From: Eledone cirrhosa
Taxonomy: Eukaryota
Direction: 5' to 3'
Length of the DNA stretch: 64,000 bases
Assembly (NCBI GenBank): GCA_964016885.1
Contig: OZ024757.1
Span: forward strand, 33,604,001 to 33,668,000
Positions 35,906-48,039 of the stretch are shown piece after piece (position 1 is the first letter of the stretch; each line of letters opens with the position of its first letter). The notes under the pieces were generated by a model. That model made no database searches. It was not told the origin of the DNA and was given only the letters and a program-made list of their open reading frames with translations. The position numbers were made by a program, and so were the translations under genes.

Positions 35906-36294
35906 ATGTATTCGAGAAACAAAATTCGGCACTGCAGTGCAAATACAGATGAAACCTCAAAAAAACAATCGTTTTCTTTACAACCACGAACACATTACGA
36001 TTACAAGTTCCCGTTTTATCGCCAACCTAAAGAAATCGGTTACTTCGGACTGGATTTACAACTGAAAATGATCCACAATAAAAGCCATTTGAAGTACTAC
36101 ATCAAACCTGAAACACCTGATGATGTTGTTATGGATTTAAGAATCGGTTACAAAGATATGATACAGAAAGACGAAAGCAAGAAGTTTTTTTTAGATAATA
36201 TATTCCATTGGATCAGTCGACATCGGAGCGTGTTTTCCCTTTCCACACCTGTACCCCCTCACACTGATGACCAAAGCAGCAAGACTACTACTGA
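35906..36294 (+). CDS. DXO: DXO coding exon 1 (acceptor probably at 35818/35819, ATG at 35906)
   Basis: MYSRNK...KFPFYRQPKEIGYFGLD...LDNIFHWI; donor GA|GTAAGT. Confidence 0.9.
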
Positions 36295-39200
36295 GTAAGT
36301 GTCTGTACTATTTCTCTTTTGTTTTTCATCATCACCATTTAACGTGCATTTTCTTCACTTGCATGGGTTAGACAGGTTGTCACATTGAGACAATTCATTT
36401 CAAGTGTCCACGTTTTGCTTATGCCAGTTGTTCCCAACCTTTTGTGTACAATGCTCCACCTCAACATCTAAAAAATTATGTCCCCGACCCTCCTTGATAT
36501 GAAAACAGCAATGATGTAAACAAAGTGCTGTATAGGTGTGCCAGATACGCAATAACATATGAAAGAGGTGTTTCTGACAGTAATGTGTACCATATAAGTG
36601 GTGCCAGATACACAATAACATAAGTAGAGGAAGTAAGACAGGAGTTTCTGACAGTAATGTGTACCATATAGGTGGTGCCAGATGCATAATAACGTGTAGA
36701 GGTAAGACAGGAGTTTCTGATAATAATAATAATGAAATTATTGTGTAAAGTGCTCAGGTGCACTACAACTCGTCAAAGGAGCATGTATAGTACATAGAAT
36801 AATATACAAATGTCAGGGAAGTGAATAGTGTATGAGTCATGGTATACATGTGTGTATGTGTATGGAGGGGGAATATTAGGTGTAGTGTTGGCGAATCTCA
36901 GGAAGCATGGAGGTTTTAAAGGATGCAGTGTTTCGACAGCTAACAATTGATGCAGGTAGTTTGTTCCATGCTTCAGCAACTCTGAACGTGAAAAAATGTT
37001 TCCGAAAGTTATGGGAGCTGTGCTGTTTTCTGACTTTGTGGGCATGCCCACGTGTGTCAGACACATGGACATCAAAAAGGTGCTCAGGGTTGTTGTTGGC
37101 AAGATGGTTAATAATTTTGTGGGTATTTACCAAGTCAGTTGCCAGACGACGGAGTTTCAATGTATCCATGCCCAGGGAAGCAAGGAATTCAGAGTATGGT
37201 AGATGCCTGATGGAGGGTATTCGCTTGGTTGCATGTCTCTGAACAGTTTCCAGGCGGTCAATGTTCCGAGCAAGATAGGGGTTCCAGACTGGTGATGCAA
37301 ATTCTAAGTGTGGCCGCACCATAGCTATGTACAGCTTTAAATATATAGCTGGAGAGCAACTAACAAAGGTCTTGCTGAGTGATGCTAAGAGTGATAGTAA
37401 TGTGTACCATATAGGTTGTGCCAGATACACAATAACATGTGTAGAGGTGAGACAGGCATTTCTGACAGTAATGTGTACCAAACTTGCCTTGGTGTAAAAG
37501 TAATAAAGTAAAACCTTAAGTTTGTTCTCATTAATATCATTTTCAAATTGTCTCCCTGTGAGGTGTGCAACCCACATTGGAAATCACTGGCTTATACAGA
37601 TCTATGTTTTGGCTTGGTTTCTACGGTTGGATGCACTTCCTAACGCCAACCTGGTTATGGTATGTACTGGGTGCTTTTTATCATGGCACCAAACATTGAC
37701 AAATACATCTCGAATGAAGAAAATTGAAATATCTCATCCTGTTCACTGGATTCATTTTGTATGCGCCCCCCCCCCCCCTTCTCAGTCACTCACAAACACA
37801 CATACACATACATATGGATGTTGGTATTAATCTGCATGTTTATGGTTCTTTATGCTCTCAGTCCAAAACCTTATGTGATGAAATTCTCATTTCATGACCA
37901 TCATCATCACCATCAAGAACATCATGATCATTATCATCATCCAAATTATAATCATTTTGGCAGTATCGGTAGAGGGTCGGACGCCATGCTTTGATGCATA
38001 GAGTTACGGCCCTTGCTATTCTGAGTTCAAATCCCGCCGAGGTTAACTTTGCCTTTCATCCTTACGGGGTCGATAAAATAAAGTACCAGTAATGTACTGG
38101 GTAATTTCTGGCCTTGTGCCAATAGTAGAAACAATTATCATCACTATCATCAGCATTTCATCAGCTTTCAGATTTTTTTTTTGATTTTATTTTAATTTTT
38201 TTTTTTCAGAAACAATCTTCACACTGACTTCATCAGCTGGAGAGGGTGTCTTACGAAGCTGTTGTGTACCCCTTATGAAAACCGTGATGGCTGGCTTCTT
38301 GCGGTCACACGATACAAAGACACCTTTTTCCTGTGTGAATATGAAACTGATGAGAAAATTGCTCAAGAGGCTAACTGTTCAGACAGGCAAAAGGAAATGT
38401 GTTATTGGGGTGTAAAATTTGAACAGTATCTCACCTCGTGTAAGTATTAAGGGCCTTGCTACTATATGGTCACTCAATATACTATAATTGTTTCTACTTT
38501 TGGCAGAAGGCCAGCAATTACCCCAGTCCATTACTGGTACTTTGTTTTGAGAACAATACTTTAACATCAGTATGAGTGGCCAGTTACTGCTGGTTTTAAC
38601 AGAAAGAGGTGAGAGAATTCTGGCTGAATACGGATGGTTTAAATGTTAAAGGGTTAACAGAGGTTCTTATATATAATTATGTTGGAAGATTTTAATTTAA
38701 AATGGGTGACTTTATTACATAGAACCAGAACTGGTTTTAGCTGGGTTGGTAACAAAATGGTTAAATGCTCAATATTCATAGAGGTGAGAGAATTCTGGCC
38801 AGTTTAAATGCTAAAGGGTTAAGCTGTAAGTTAACTGGTAGAGTATTCTGAAAGAACACTATGATAATATTGAGAAAATTCTATCAAAATTTCTTTTCAG
38901 TGTATTTCATATTGTTTTGTCTTTTAGCTAGAATAGATATGAAACCAGACACAACAGCAATTGTTAACAACTGTGAAAGTTTCTCTTCAGTCGTCAGAAC
39001 CCGCTTGAATAGCCATTCTTTAGGTGAGAAGGTATTTTTTTTTTTTATAAAACGTGTGTCAGCAAAAAGTGCCTAGTCCACACTATAAAGTGCTCGTGTA
39101 GGTGTCTCAACAAAAAGCACCAAGTCCACACTGTAAAGTGGTCATGTAGGTGTCACAACAAAAAGCACCTAGTCCACACTGTAAAGTGGTCATGTAGGTG

Positions 39201-42200
39201 TCACAACAAAAAGCACCAAGTCCACACTGTAAAGTGCTCGTGTAGGTGTCTCAACAAAAAGCACCAATTCCACACTGAAATGTGGTCGTGTAGGTGTCGC
39301 AAGAAGCACCCAGCCCACACTGTAAAGTGGTCATGTAGGTGTCACAACAAAAAGCACCCAGTACTCACTGTAAAGAGGAGGTTGGCACTAGGAAGGGCAT
39401 CCAGCCGTAGAAACCAAGCCAAAGTTAGTTCTGTATGAGCAAGACATGGTCACCTGATTGATCATGGCATTGCTCACAACAGGATAACTTGTCTAACCCA
39501 TGCCAGCGTGGAAAAGTAGATGGTAAACGATGATGATGATGATCCAGTCCACTCTGCAAGGTGGTAGAACTAGTGCCACAACAAAAAGCTTCCAGTTCAC
39601 CTTGTCAGAAAGGTTTCTGCTATGACAAAAATATTCAGTAAGAGGGTCGTGCTGGCACCACAACAAAAAGCACCCAGTTCACCATGTAAGGTGGATGAAC
39701 TGATGCCAAAACAACAGGCACCCAGTCTATCCTGTAAGGTGGTAGTAGTTGTGCCATGACAAAAATCACTATCTTGGTCCTGTAAGGTGTGGCCACAACA
39801 AAAGCACCCAGTCGTTCTTGTTAGGTGGTAGTGCTGGTGCCACAACAAAAGCACCCAGTCCTTCTTTTTAGATGGTAGTGCTGGTACCATGACAAATGGA
39901 CCCAGTCTTTCTTGTTAGGTGGTAGTGCTGGTACTATGACAAGCCCCTAGTCCTTGTTAGGTGGTAGTGCTGGTACCACAACAAATGCACCCAGACCTTC
40001 TTGTTAGATGGTAGTGCTGGTCCATGACAAATGCACCCAGACCTTCTTGTTAGGTGGTAGTGCTGGTCCATGACAAATGCACCCAGTCCTTGTTAAGTGG
40101 AAATGTTGGTGCCACAACAAAAGCACCCAGTCCTTCTTGTTAGGTGGTAGTGCTGGTACCATGACAAATGCACCCAGTCTTTCTTTTTGGGTGGTAGTAC
40201 CGGTGCCACAACAAAAATTTGTTCTCACTCAGCTAATGAGTGTGGACTGGGTGCTTTTTGTTGTGTGACCTACACAACCTCTTTACAGTGTGGACTTAGT
40301 GCTTTTTGTCATGGGAGGGTGTATGAGGTGACTTTATTAAATTTATTTATTTAATGGTGCCTGTTTTGCAGTGTTTGCTGGAGAAGTTGACTGTATCGAT
40401 CCAAAGCAGAAAAAATATGTGGAACTGAAAACATCCAGAGAAATATATAATTCCTCTCAAAATGACAATTTCAGAAGGTATTCAAAATATATATACACTA
40501 GGTTTTTTTTCGACATGCTGATACGTATGTGTATCATCATCATCGTTTAACGTCCATCCTCCACGCTAGCATGGGTTTGGACGGGAATTTTCCCACTTGA
40601 GGCAAGATTGGTTGTCTTGCTCGTATAGGACTGCCTGGCCGGTTTTCTACAGCTGGATTCCCTTCCTAACACCAACCACGTTTACAGTGTGGAATGGGAG
40701 GTTTTTACCGTGTTACCTACACAGCCACTTTACACCGTGGACTGTGTGTTTTTTTTTGTCTGTGTATGTGCATCATCATCATCACCGTTTTACGTCCGTT
40801 CTTCCACGCTAGCATGGGTTAGACGGGTTGTCCTGTTGTGGGCAGTGTCTGGTCGGCTGACCATGCCTTGCTCATACAGGAACTGATCTGGCTTGATTTC
40901 TACAGCTGGATGCCCTTCCTAACACCAACCTCATTTACAGTGAGTGCTGTATATACATTTAAAAGTATGAGTCATCATCATCACCGTTTTACGTCCGTTC
41001 TTCCACGCTAGCATGGGTTAGACGGGTTGTCCTGTTGTGGGCAGTGTCTGGTCGGCTGACCATGCCTTGCTCATACAGGAACTGATCTGGCTTGATTTCT
41101 ACAGCTGGATGCCCTTCCTAACACCAACCTCATTTACAGTGAGTGCTGGGTGCTTTTTCGTGGCGCCTACACGTCCACTTTACAGTGTGGGCTGGGTGCT
41201 TTTTTGCCGTGGCACCTCCACGACCACCTTGCGGTGGGGGGGGGGGGCATATTGTTTATATGCTTCAGCATGTACCCATGGGAGGTCGGGTACCCTGTAT
41301 TACTGCGTGACGCCAGAAGTTTATATAAATATAAACATGCAAACACAGACACACCTGCAAAAATACACACTCAGAGATACATTCACACAAACACATACAC
41401 AGCTTAAGAAATGGAACGCCAGCCGCTATTTTGCTATAGTTTGTTCACCTTCCTTCCTTTTACACACACATACAGTCACGCAGGTAGCAGACGAAAAGCG
41501 AGAGAAGTAGTATGAGTTAGTCAAACTACTCCTCTCTCTATACGTGTTATGACAATCGCAGAAATTTATATATAGATATTGTGATCGTGTACGACAAAAA
41601 GAGCCCCGCCCACACTGTAAAGTGGTCATGTAGGTGTCACGACAAAAAGCACCCAGCACACACTGCAAAGTGGTCATGTAGGTGTCATGACAAAAAGCAC
41701 CCAGCCCACACTGTAAAGTGGTCATGTAGGTGTCATGACAAAAAGCACCCAGCACACACTGTAAAGTGGTCATGTAGGTGTCATGACAAAAAGCACCCAG
41801 CACACACTGTAAAGTGGTCATGTAGGTGTCATGACAAAAAGCACCCAGCCCACACTGTAAAGTGGTCATGTAGGTTTCATGACAAAAAGCACCCAGCACA
41901 CACTGTAAATGAGGTTGGTGTTAGGAAGGGCATCCAGCCGTAGAACAGCTCTATATGCATAAGGCACGGTCACCTGATCCAACTTGCATCAAATAAGACA
42001 ATCTGTCTAACCCATGCTAGCGTGGAAAATGGACTTTAAACGATGATGATGATGATTACTCTACATTTACTATTATATTTTTACGGTAAAGGCTTTATCT
42101 CACATAATTACCTCACATAATATCGAATCTATGAGATTTTGATATTATTTATTTTGAGAACAATACCTTAATGTCAGTATGAGTGGCCGGTTACAGCTAG

Positions 42201-45200
42201 TTTCAACAGAAAGAGGTGACAGAATTCTGCCCTGATATTGGTTTTTTTTAAATGCTAAAGGGTTAAAAAGCTGTGATTTGGTTATTTAAACCAGCCATAT
42301 CCAGCCAGAATTCTCTCACCTCGTTCAGTTCAAACCAGCAATAACAGACCACTCATACTGTCATTAAGGTATTATTCTCAAAATAAATAATATCATTATC
42401 AAAATCTCATAAATTTGATCGATATCATGTGACAAAGCCTTTATCACAAAAATACAATAGTATATATATAGAGTAATGTAAATGCTAAAGGGTTAATTTA
42501 AGATGGTAAGAGATGTCAAATCCCTTTACTTAATGGATCAGTATTATTTGATGGATTGGCAGTATCGGTAGAGCGCCAGACATCATGCTTTGCAGCATAG
42601 AGTTATGGCCCTTTACATCCTGTGTTCAAATCCTGCCGAGGTTAGCTTTGCCTTTCATCCTTATGCGATTGATAAAATAAAGTACCAGTAATGCACTGGA
42701 GTAATTGCTGGCCTTGTACCAAAAGTAGAAACAATTATTTTATCAGCTATTTTATAGCATCTTCACTCATGAGCATATTTTCTTTCTTCCTTTCTTTTCA
42801 GATACAAACTAATAAAATGGTGGGCCCAGAGTTTTTTGATTGGGGTTGGAACCATTGTCTGTGGATTCCGAGACGATGACGGGATTGTCCATCGTCTCCA
42901 GAAGTATGATATTAATGAACTGTCGGATATGGCCAAAGTAAGGAATTTAGCAATATCTTTCTTTAATCCTTTAGCATTTAAACTGGCCATATCAGGTCAG
43001 AATTCTCTCACCTCTTTTAAGTTCAAACCGGCTGCCAATGGCTCCTTATCCAACATTAAGGTATTGTTATCAAAATAAATGATATCAACATTTCATAGAT
43101 TTGATATTATGTGAGATAAAGCCTTTACCGTGAATATACAATAGTACAAGAGTACAAATAGAGTAATGTAAATGCTAATGGGTTAACTCTTCAGATACTA
43201 AACCATCTGAAACTGACCCCCTAGGCCTACAATACCAAATCTGTTTGCTTTAAAGTGTTTCTATTTATCTAAAATCCTTCCCACATAATTTTACACAACT
43301 ATCTTTGTTAAGTTATGCTCCAAACAACAACTTATTAATGAGGAAAGTCTAAGTCTAAAGTCTATCTTGAGCCTGGAGGCTCATCAGGCCAGTGCTTATC
43401 CTGGTTTCCATAGCGTGAAGCGACTGAGAGTACAAAACTCCTCCTGGACTGGGTGCCAGTCTATCGCATGCGTAAGCTCCCAGCTATTGCAGCTACTTAT
43501 ACAATAAAATACTAGTTCAGTACTGGGGTTGATTTAATCAACTTTGCCTTTACCAAATTTTACTCACAGTAATGTACCAGCTTCACCATTCAGAAGAAGG
43601 AAGGTAGGTGTAAAAGCCAAACTTGCTGTCTTGAATTCGGTTTTCATGCCAACCCTTACCTATGGTCATGAATCTTGGGTAATGACCGAAAGAATACAAT
43701 TACGAATACAAGTGACCGAAATGGGATTCCTCTGAAGAGTCTTTGGAGTAACGTTACTCAATAAAGTGCATAGCTTGGGGAGCAGAGAGTCACTCCAGGT
43801 TGAGCCACTACTTTTCCGAATTGAGAAATCACAGCTCCGATACTATGGGCATGTGGTTACTATGTCTAAGGAAAGAATCGCTGGACAGATTTTACAGGCG
43901 AAACCAACAGGTAGGAGACCCAGGGGTAGACCCTGAGTAAGCTGGTTGGATAACATCCATGAGTTTGGTTGTTCACGCTTAGGTATCCAGCTGAACCAGT
44001 TGGAGACGGTTGCTTCTGACAGGACCCACTGGAGGGAGTGTTTGAGGACTCTGCCCCCACGACCCTCTCAGGAATAAGTGGCCAAAGAAGATCCCTTAAT
44101 CAAACTGCGTCTCTCGTTTAGAATCATTGATCTATACGTATTTTTTACAATCGCTTATGCTGAGTTGCCTCCCTCGAATTTCACCCCCCACCTATTTCCT
44201 CCAATAGGTGAAATATTAGAGGAGGCTACTGCTTCCATTATCAAGGGAGGTAATTATATATAGTTTTATTAGTGTTTCCCTCGCTAACCTTGACTGGATT
44301 ATGTGTTATGCTTTTGAACAAAACACTTCATTCCACGTTGCTTCAGAATACTCGGCTGAAAATGAGTACCAGCAATAGCTGTGGGGTTTATCCTTGTGAT
44401 GGACCAGCGTCCTCTTCAGAGAGGAGTCTTGTACTTTCAGTTGCCTCACTCTACAGAAACCGGGATAAACACCAGCCTGATGTGCCCTCCAAGCTTAAGA
44501 CAGAGTTTAGACTCAACTAGAGTAAACACCTTTGCAATTCCATTTTTTCTCCTTTATTTCACCTCCCCTCTATATATATATCCCTCTCTCTCTCTTTCTC
44601 TCTTACTTCATCTTCTATTCTATTTTGCTATCATATTTTCTCTAGGATGTACCAAACTCATGGTGTCCAAACGTCTGCTTCAATTTCCTTGACCAGTTTC
44701 TGAATTTCATCAAAAAGACTGTTACAGAAAATGACCACAGGTATGTATCTATGTAAGGAAGTAGTGGCTCATATGCATTTGTCTATTATATAAAGCTGTG
44801 TGCTTTATAAATCAACTAGATGTAGCCTGGGTTTTCTTTAGGACATACAGAAACTCAAACACTCGCATACACACGGGTTGTTCCATTCCTGTTGAAAATC
44901 TTGCACTTAAAATTCCCATGTTTTCAATCCAAACTCTTATTGTAGTGACAACTATCTATCTTTCACACACACGCACACACACTCTCTCAATAGGTAGCTT
45001 TTCAAAGTTTCATGTTATGCTGGTGTTAGATATATTTTACACATGCGTATATTTATATACATCTGATGTGGTTTTTGTTGTCATAACACTGGTCTGAGGA
45101 TTAAGCAGACTTGGAGTCTGGTCTGGAACTTCAACCCAGATCACAAGCCAGCTGTTTGTGAAACATTTTTAACCAGGATTAAGCCATAAATATGTTATGT

Positions 45201-46116
45201 AACACACCTCCACTTTGTTCTTATTATAAAGAAACCATTATATATATGTGTATGTATGTGATCTAGTGATCTAGTACACATTGTAAAGTGGTTGCTGATA
45301 GGAAGGGCATTAAGCTATAGAAAGCTTGCCAAAGGATTGGGAAGACTCTTCAGTTGTGTCAAGAACATGTTATCCTCCCTAGTGTTGGTGATCTACACAA
45401 TAAATGCATCCAGTACATGCTGTAAGGTGGTTGGTGATATGAAGGGCATACAGCTATAGCAAGCTTGACAAACAAAGGGTTGAAAGACCTCTTCCGTTGT
45501 GTCAAGAACATGGCAACCTCTCTATTGCTGGTGATAGAATAATATGCACTCAGTAGAACATGGAACCATATGTAAATGAAATGCAAACCTCAGGCCTGTC
45601 AGGGAGGTCAGTAGCCCCACTTCTGTTCTGACTTGGTATGTGAAAACCCGTCCAACCCACACTAACAGGGAAAGTGGACATCAGATGATGATGATCATCA
45701 TCATCATCATTTCATTTTACGTCCGCTTTTTCCCTGCTTGCAAGGATGATGTATGTGTATTCCCTGCTTGCAAGGATGATGTATGTGTATTCCCTGCTTG
45801 CAAGGATGATGTATGTGTATTCCCTGCTTGCAAGGATGATGTATGTGTATTCCCTGCTTGCAAGGATGATGTATGTGTATTTACCTGTGGAGTGAAGGTC
45901 GAGAGTGTTTATTTTGTTTTCAAGTGTATCACTCTGATAATTTCTTTTTCTTTTTTTTCTCATTCCAGAAGTGTGTACTTATTCAGTCGGGAGCCCAAGA
46001 AATACAAAGATATCAGATACCAGTATCTCGGTAGAAATTCAGAATATAACTTTTTTCCCGAATGGTTTATCGATGATTCTGGAAATAAAACAACAAATAG
46101 CCCAAATTTAACATGA
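35906..46116 (+). CDS. DXO: Decapping and exoribonuclease protein (DXO/Dom3Z/Rai1 family), spliced CDS join(35906..36294,38210..38439,38928..39023,40372..40477,42802..42937,44646..44740,45969..46116), 1200 nt, 399 aa
   Basis: All six introns are GT-AG with matching phases (2,1,1,2,0,2). Family motifs seen: FPFYRQPKEIG, FISWRGCLTKLLCTPYE, YWGVKFEQY, catalytic GEVDC and ELKTS, KWWAQSFL..CGFRD, W.PNVCFNFL, FFPEWF. Confidence 0.95.
36720..37390 (-). mobile_element. CR1-type LINE 3' fragment in DXO intron 1
   Basis: LYIAMVRPHLEFASPVWNPY..LETVQR..TRGH..FFTFRVAEAWNKLP; (ATT)n tail. Confidence 0.9.
37959..38138 (+). mobile_element. SINE family A copy
   Basis: Same motifs as 35482-35664. Confidence 0.85.
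38210..38439 (+). CDS. DXO: DXO coding exon 2
   Basis: Poly-T tract plus CAG acceptor; NNLHTDFISWRGCLTKLLCTPYENRDGW...YWGVKFEQYLTS; donor GTAAGT. Confidence 0.95.
38928..39023 (+). CDS. DXO: DXO coding exon 3
   Basis: TTTTAG acceptor; RIDMKPDTTAIVNNCESFSSVVRTRLNSHSL; donor GTGAG. Confidence 0.93.
40372..40477 (+). CDS. DXO: DXO coding exon 4 (catalytic motifs)
   Basis: VFAGEVDCIDPKQKKYVELKTSREI; not in the ORF track; flanked by TTTTGCAG and GTATTC. Confidence 0.95.
40975..41312 (-). mobile_element. SINE-like family C with RTE-like (GAT)n tail (near-identical copy 59020-59372; others 39062-39543, 40532-40950, 41594-42056, 54058-54200, 57478-57690)
   Basis: Shared TTAGGAAGGGCATCCAGC.GTAGAA core and AACCCATGCTAGCGTGGAA..GACGT.AAACGATGATGATG end. 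Confidence 0.75.
41592..41910 (+). repeat. 48-bp tandem repeat (about 6.5 copies); related arrays at 39062-39375 and, reversed, 50353-50530
   Basis: Unit GACAAAAAGCACCCAGCACACACTGTAAAGTGGTCATGTAGGTGTCAT. Confidence 0.93.
42056..42496. mobile_element. Two adjacent, oppositely oriented partial MITE copies (42056-42266 forward, 42285-42496 reverse)
   Basis: Both match the MITE family; each ends in AAATGCTAAAGGGTTAA. Confidence 0.75.
42558..42740 (+). mobile_element. SINE family A copy
   Basis: Same motifs. Confidence 0.85.
42802..42937 (+). CDS. DXO: DXO coding exon 5
   Basis: YKLIKWWAQSFLIGVGTIVCGFRDDDGIV; strong pyrimidine tract; donor GTAAGG. Confidence 0.95.
42963..43186. mobile_element. 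piggyBac-type MITE, reverse orientation
   Basis: TTAA-bounded; reverse complement of the 46673-46901 family. Confidence 0.8.
43590..44095 (+). mobile_element. 3' fragment of RTE-type LINE (same family as 17712-18045) in a DXO intron
   Basis: PTLTYGHESW...EMGFL*...SQLRYYGHV..GRRPRGRP with in-frame stops. Confidence 0.85.
44646..44740 (+). CDS. DXO: DXO coding exon 6
   Basis: DVPNSWCPNVCFNFLDQFLNFIKKTVTENDH; flanked by TTCTCTAG and GTATGT. Confidence 0.93.
45089..45176 (+). ncRNA. Hammerhead ribozyme in last DXO intron (stem III damaged)
   Basis: CTGGT-CTGAGGA-[TAAGCAG..CTGTTTG]-GAAA-CATTTTT-A-ACCAG; paralog of 53802-53890. Confidence 0.6.
45731..45886. repeat. 30-bp tandem repeat (about 5 copies)
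   Basis: Unit TCCCTGCTTGCAAGGATGATGTATGTGTAT. Confidence 0.95.
45969..46116 (+). CDS. DXO: DXO terminal coding exon
   Basis: SVYLFSREPKKY...YNFFPEWFIDD...LT* ending TGA at 46114-46116. Confidence 0.92.
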
Positions 46117-46224
46117 TGATAGCAGCTACAGACATGTGTTAGTGATAGAGAAAATGAGGTGTGAGCCTTTGTTTTAACATATTCCTGTCCATATTTCTAA
46201 AGAAATACACTTGATTTCAACTAA

Positions 46225-46492
46225 TTAACCCTTTAGCATTTACATTACTCTATATATCCCACCCTTGCAAGCAGGGAAAAGCAGACGTAAAATGAAATGA
46301 TGATGATGATACTATTGTATTTTTGTGGTAAAGACTTTATCTCACATGATATCGAATCTATGAGATTTTGATGTTATTTATTATGAGAATAATACCTTAA
46401 CGTCAGTATGAGAGGCCAGTTACAGCCAGTTTTACGGAAAGAGGTGAGAGAATTCTGGCTGAATATAGACAGTTTAAATGCTAAAGGGTTAA
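46225..46492. mobile_element. piggyBac-type MITE carrying a nested ~55-bp RTE tail
   Basis: Same TIRs and TTAA; insertion of CCCACCCTTGCAAGCAGGGAAAAGC..GATGATGAT at about 46257-46310. Confidence 0.85.
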
Positions 46493-46672
46493 TAAAGATT
46501 TTTGAGGAATTTACTAAAATTATTAATTATTTCATTACTAACATAGTAACGCAACCGAGTTGTTAGAACATATGAAATAGTAAATGCCTTCTCTGTATCT
46601 TGAACAAGATGAAGGCTGAGATGGAGTTTTGGGCCCATACCTCCACAGATTTATATAATGTTTATCTCTTCT

Positions 46673-46901
46673 TTAACCCTTTAACATTTATACTACTCTA
46701 TATTTACTATTGTATTTTCACAGAAAAGTCTTTAGCTCACATAAATATTTTACATAATATTGAATCTATGAGATTTTGATATTATTTATTTTGAGAACAA
46801 TACCTTAATGTCAGTATGAGTGGCCAGTTACAACCAGTTTGAACAGAAAGAGGTGAGAGAATTCTAGCCGGATATGGCCGGTTTAAATGCTAAAGGGTTA
46901 A
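46673..46901. mobile_element. piggyBac-type MITE (about 225 bp)
   Basis: TTAA-CCCTTTA.CATTTA ... TAAATGCTAAAGGG-TTAA terminal inverted repeats with TTAA target site. Confidence 0.85.
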
Positions 46902-47384
46902 GGTGATGAATTGGGAGAGTCAATAGACTGTCAGATAGAATGCTTTGTGATATTTGTTTCAGCTCTCTACTCTGAATTCAAATCCTGTTGAGGTCAACTT
47001 TTCCAGTTCTCTGCTCTCTGAGGTCAACTTTGCCTTTCATCCTTTCGAGGTTGATAAAAAAAAGTACCAGTTTAGTACCGGGATTAGTTCTTCCTTTACA
47101 TCTCTTTCTCACCTTCAATCCTTCTGTGGAAGAAATCTGTACTCAGGCCTGGAGAGAGATGGCCTCTGCCAGGCTTAAAATTTCCAAGAAACCTGTCAAT
47201 ATGGCACCCCTATGACTCCATTAAGAGTTATGGGATTTAAAGAAAATAACCATAGTAATATAACATATGGTTCTTATATAGAATTATGTTATATTGTAAT
47301 TTAAATAGAAACCTTTGAAAATGGATAGTTTTGTTTCATAGAATCAGAGTTAGTTTTGGTTGGGTGAGGTTGATATCAGTGAAA

Positions 47385-47680
47385 GCACATGGCTTTGTGG
47401 TTAGGGTATTTGGCTCACAATCGTAAGTTCATGAGTTCAACATGTTGTGTCCTTGAGCAAGACACTTTATTTCACATTGCTCCAGTCCACTAAGCTGTAG
47501 AAATGAGTTTTACCTGTAATTCGAAAGGCCAGTCTTGTCATGCTAAATCTCCCTGAGAATTACGTTAGAGGTACCCATATCTGTGGAATGCTCAGCCACT
47601 TTCATGTTAATTTCATGAACAGGCTGTTCTATTGATTGGATCAACTGGAACACTTGTCGTAACTGACAGAGTGCCTTCGT
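47385..47680 (+). mobile_element. tRNA-derived SINE family B (other copies about 52472-52610, 56197-56510, 56735-57035 on -)
   Basis: GCACATGGCT..GTGGTTAG head, GAGTTC box, GTGTCCTTGAGCAAGACACTTT core. Confidence 0.75.
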
Positions 47681-48039
47681 TCCTTCCAGGTTGATATCAA
47701 AAGGGTTAATGAATACTTTTGAGGGATTTACTAAAATTGTCATTTCATTACACTAAAAGTCATTTAACATGGTTCATATATCAAATTCTGTTGGAAGATT
47801 TCAATAAGAAACTTTTAAAATGTGGCAAGGTGTGGACCAGTTTGGTATCAATTGTTAAATACGACAAAGACACATATACATACACACTCATACACTCCCC
47901 TTTTATTGTCACTCAGGATTACACTTGCTTTCAAATAAAACAACTGATCTAGTGTTGGTGTTACAATAAAATGCACCCACTACACTCTATATACTGGGTG
48001 CATTTTATATATAAAGGGGTTGAAATAAGGAAGGAAATC

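Noticed and set aside
41592-41910. CRISPR-like periodicity and 16-aa Cys/His repeat ORFs
   Set aside because: Contiguous tandem units without spacers in eukaryotic intronic SINE context
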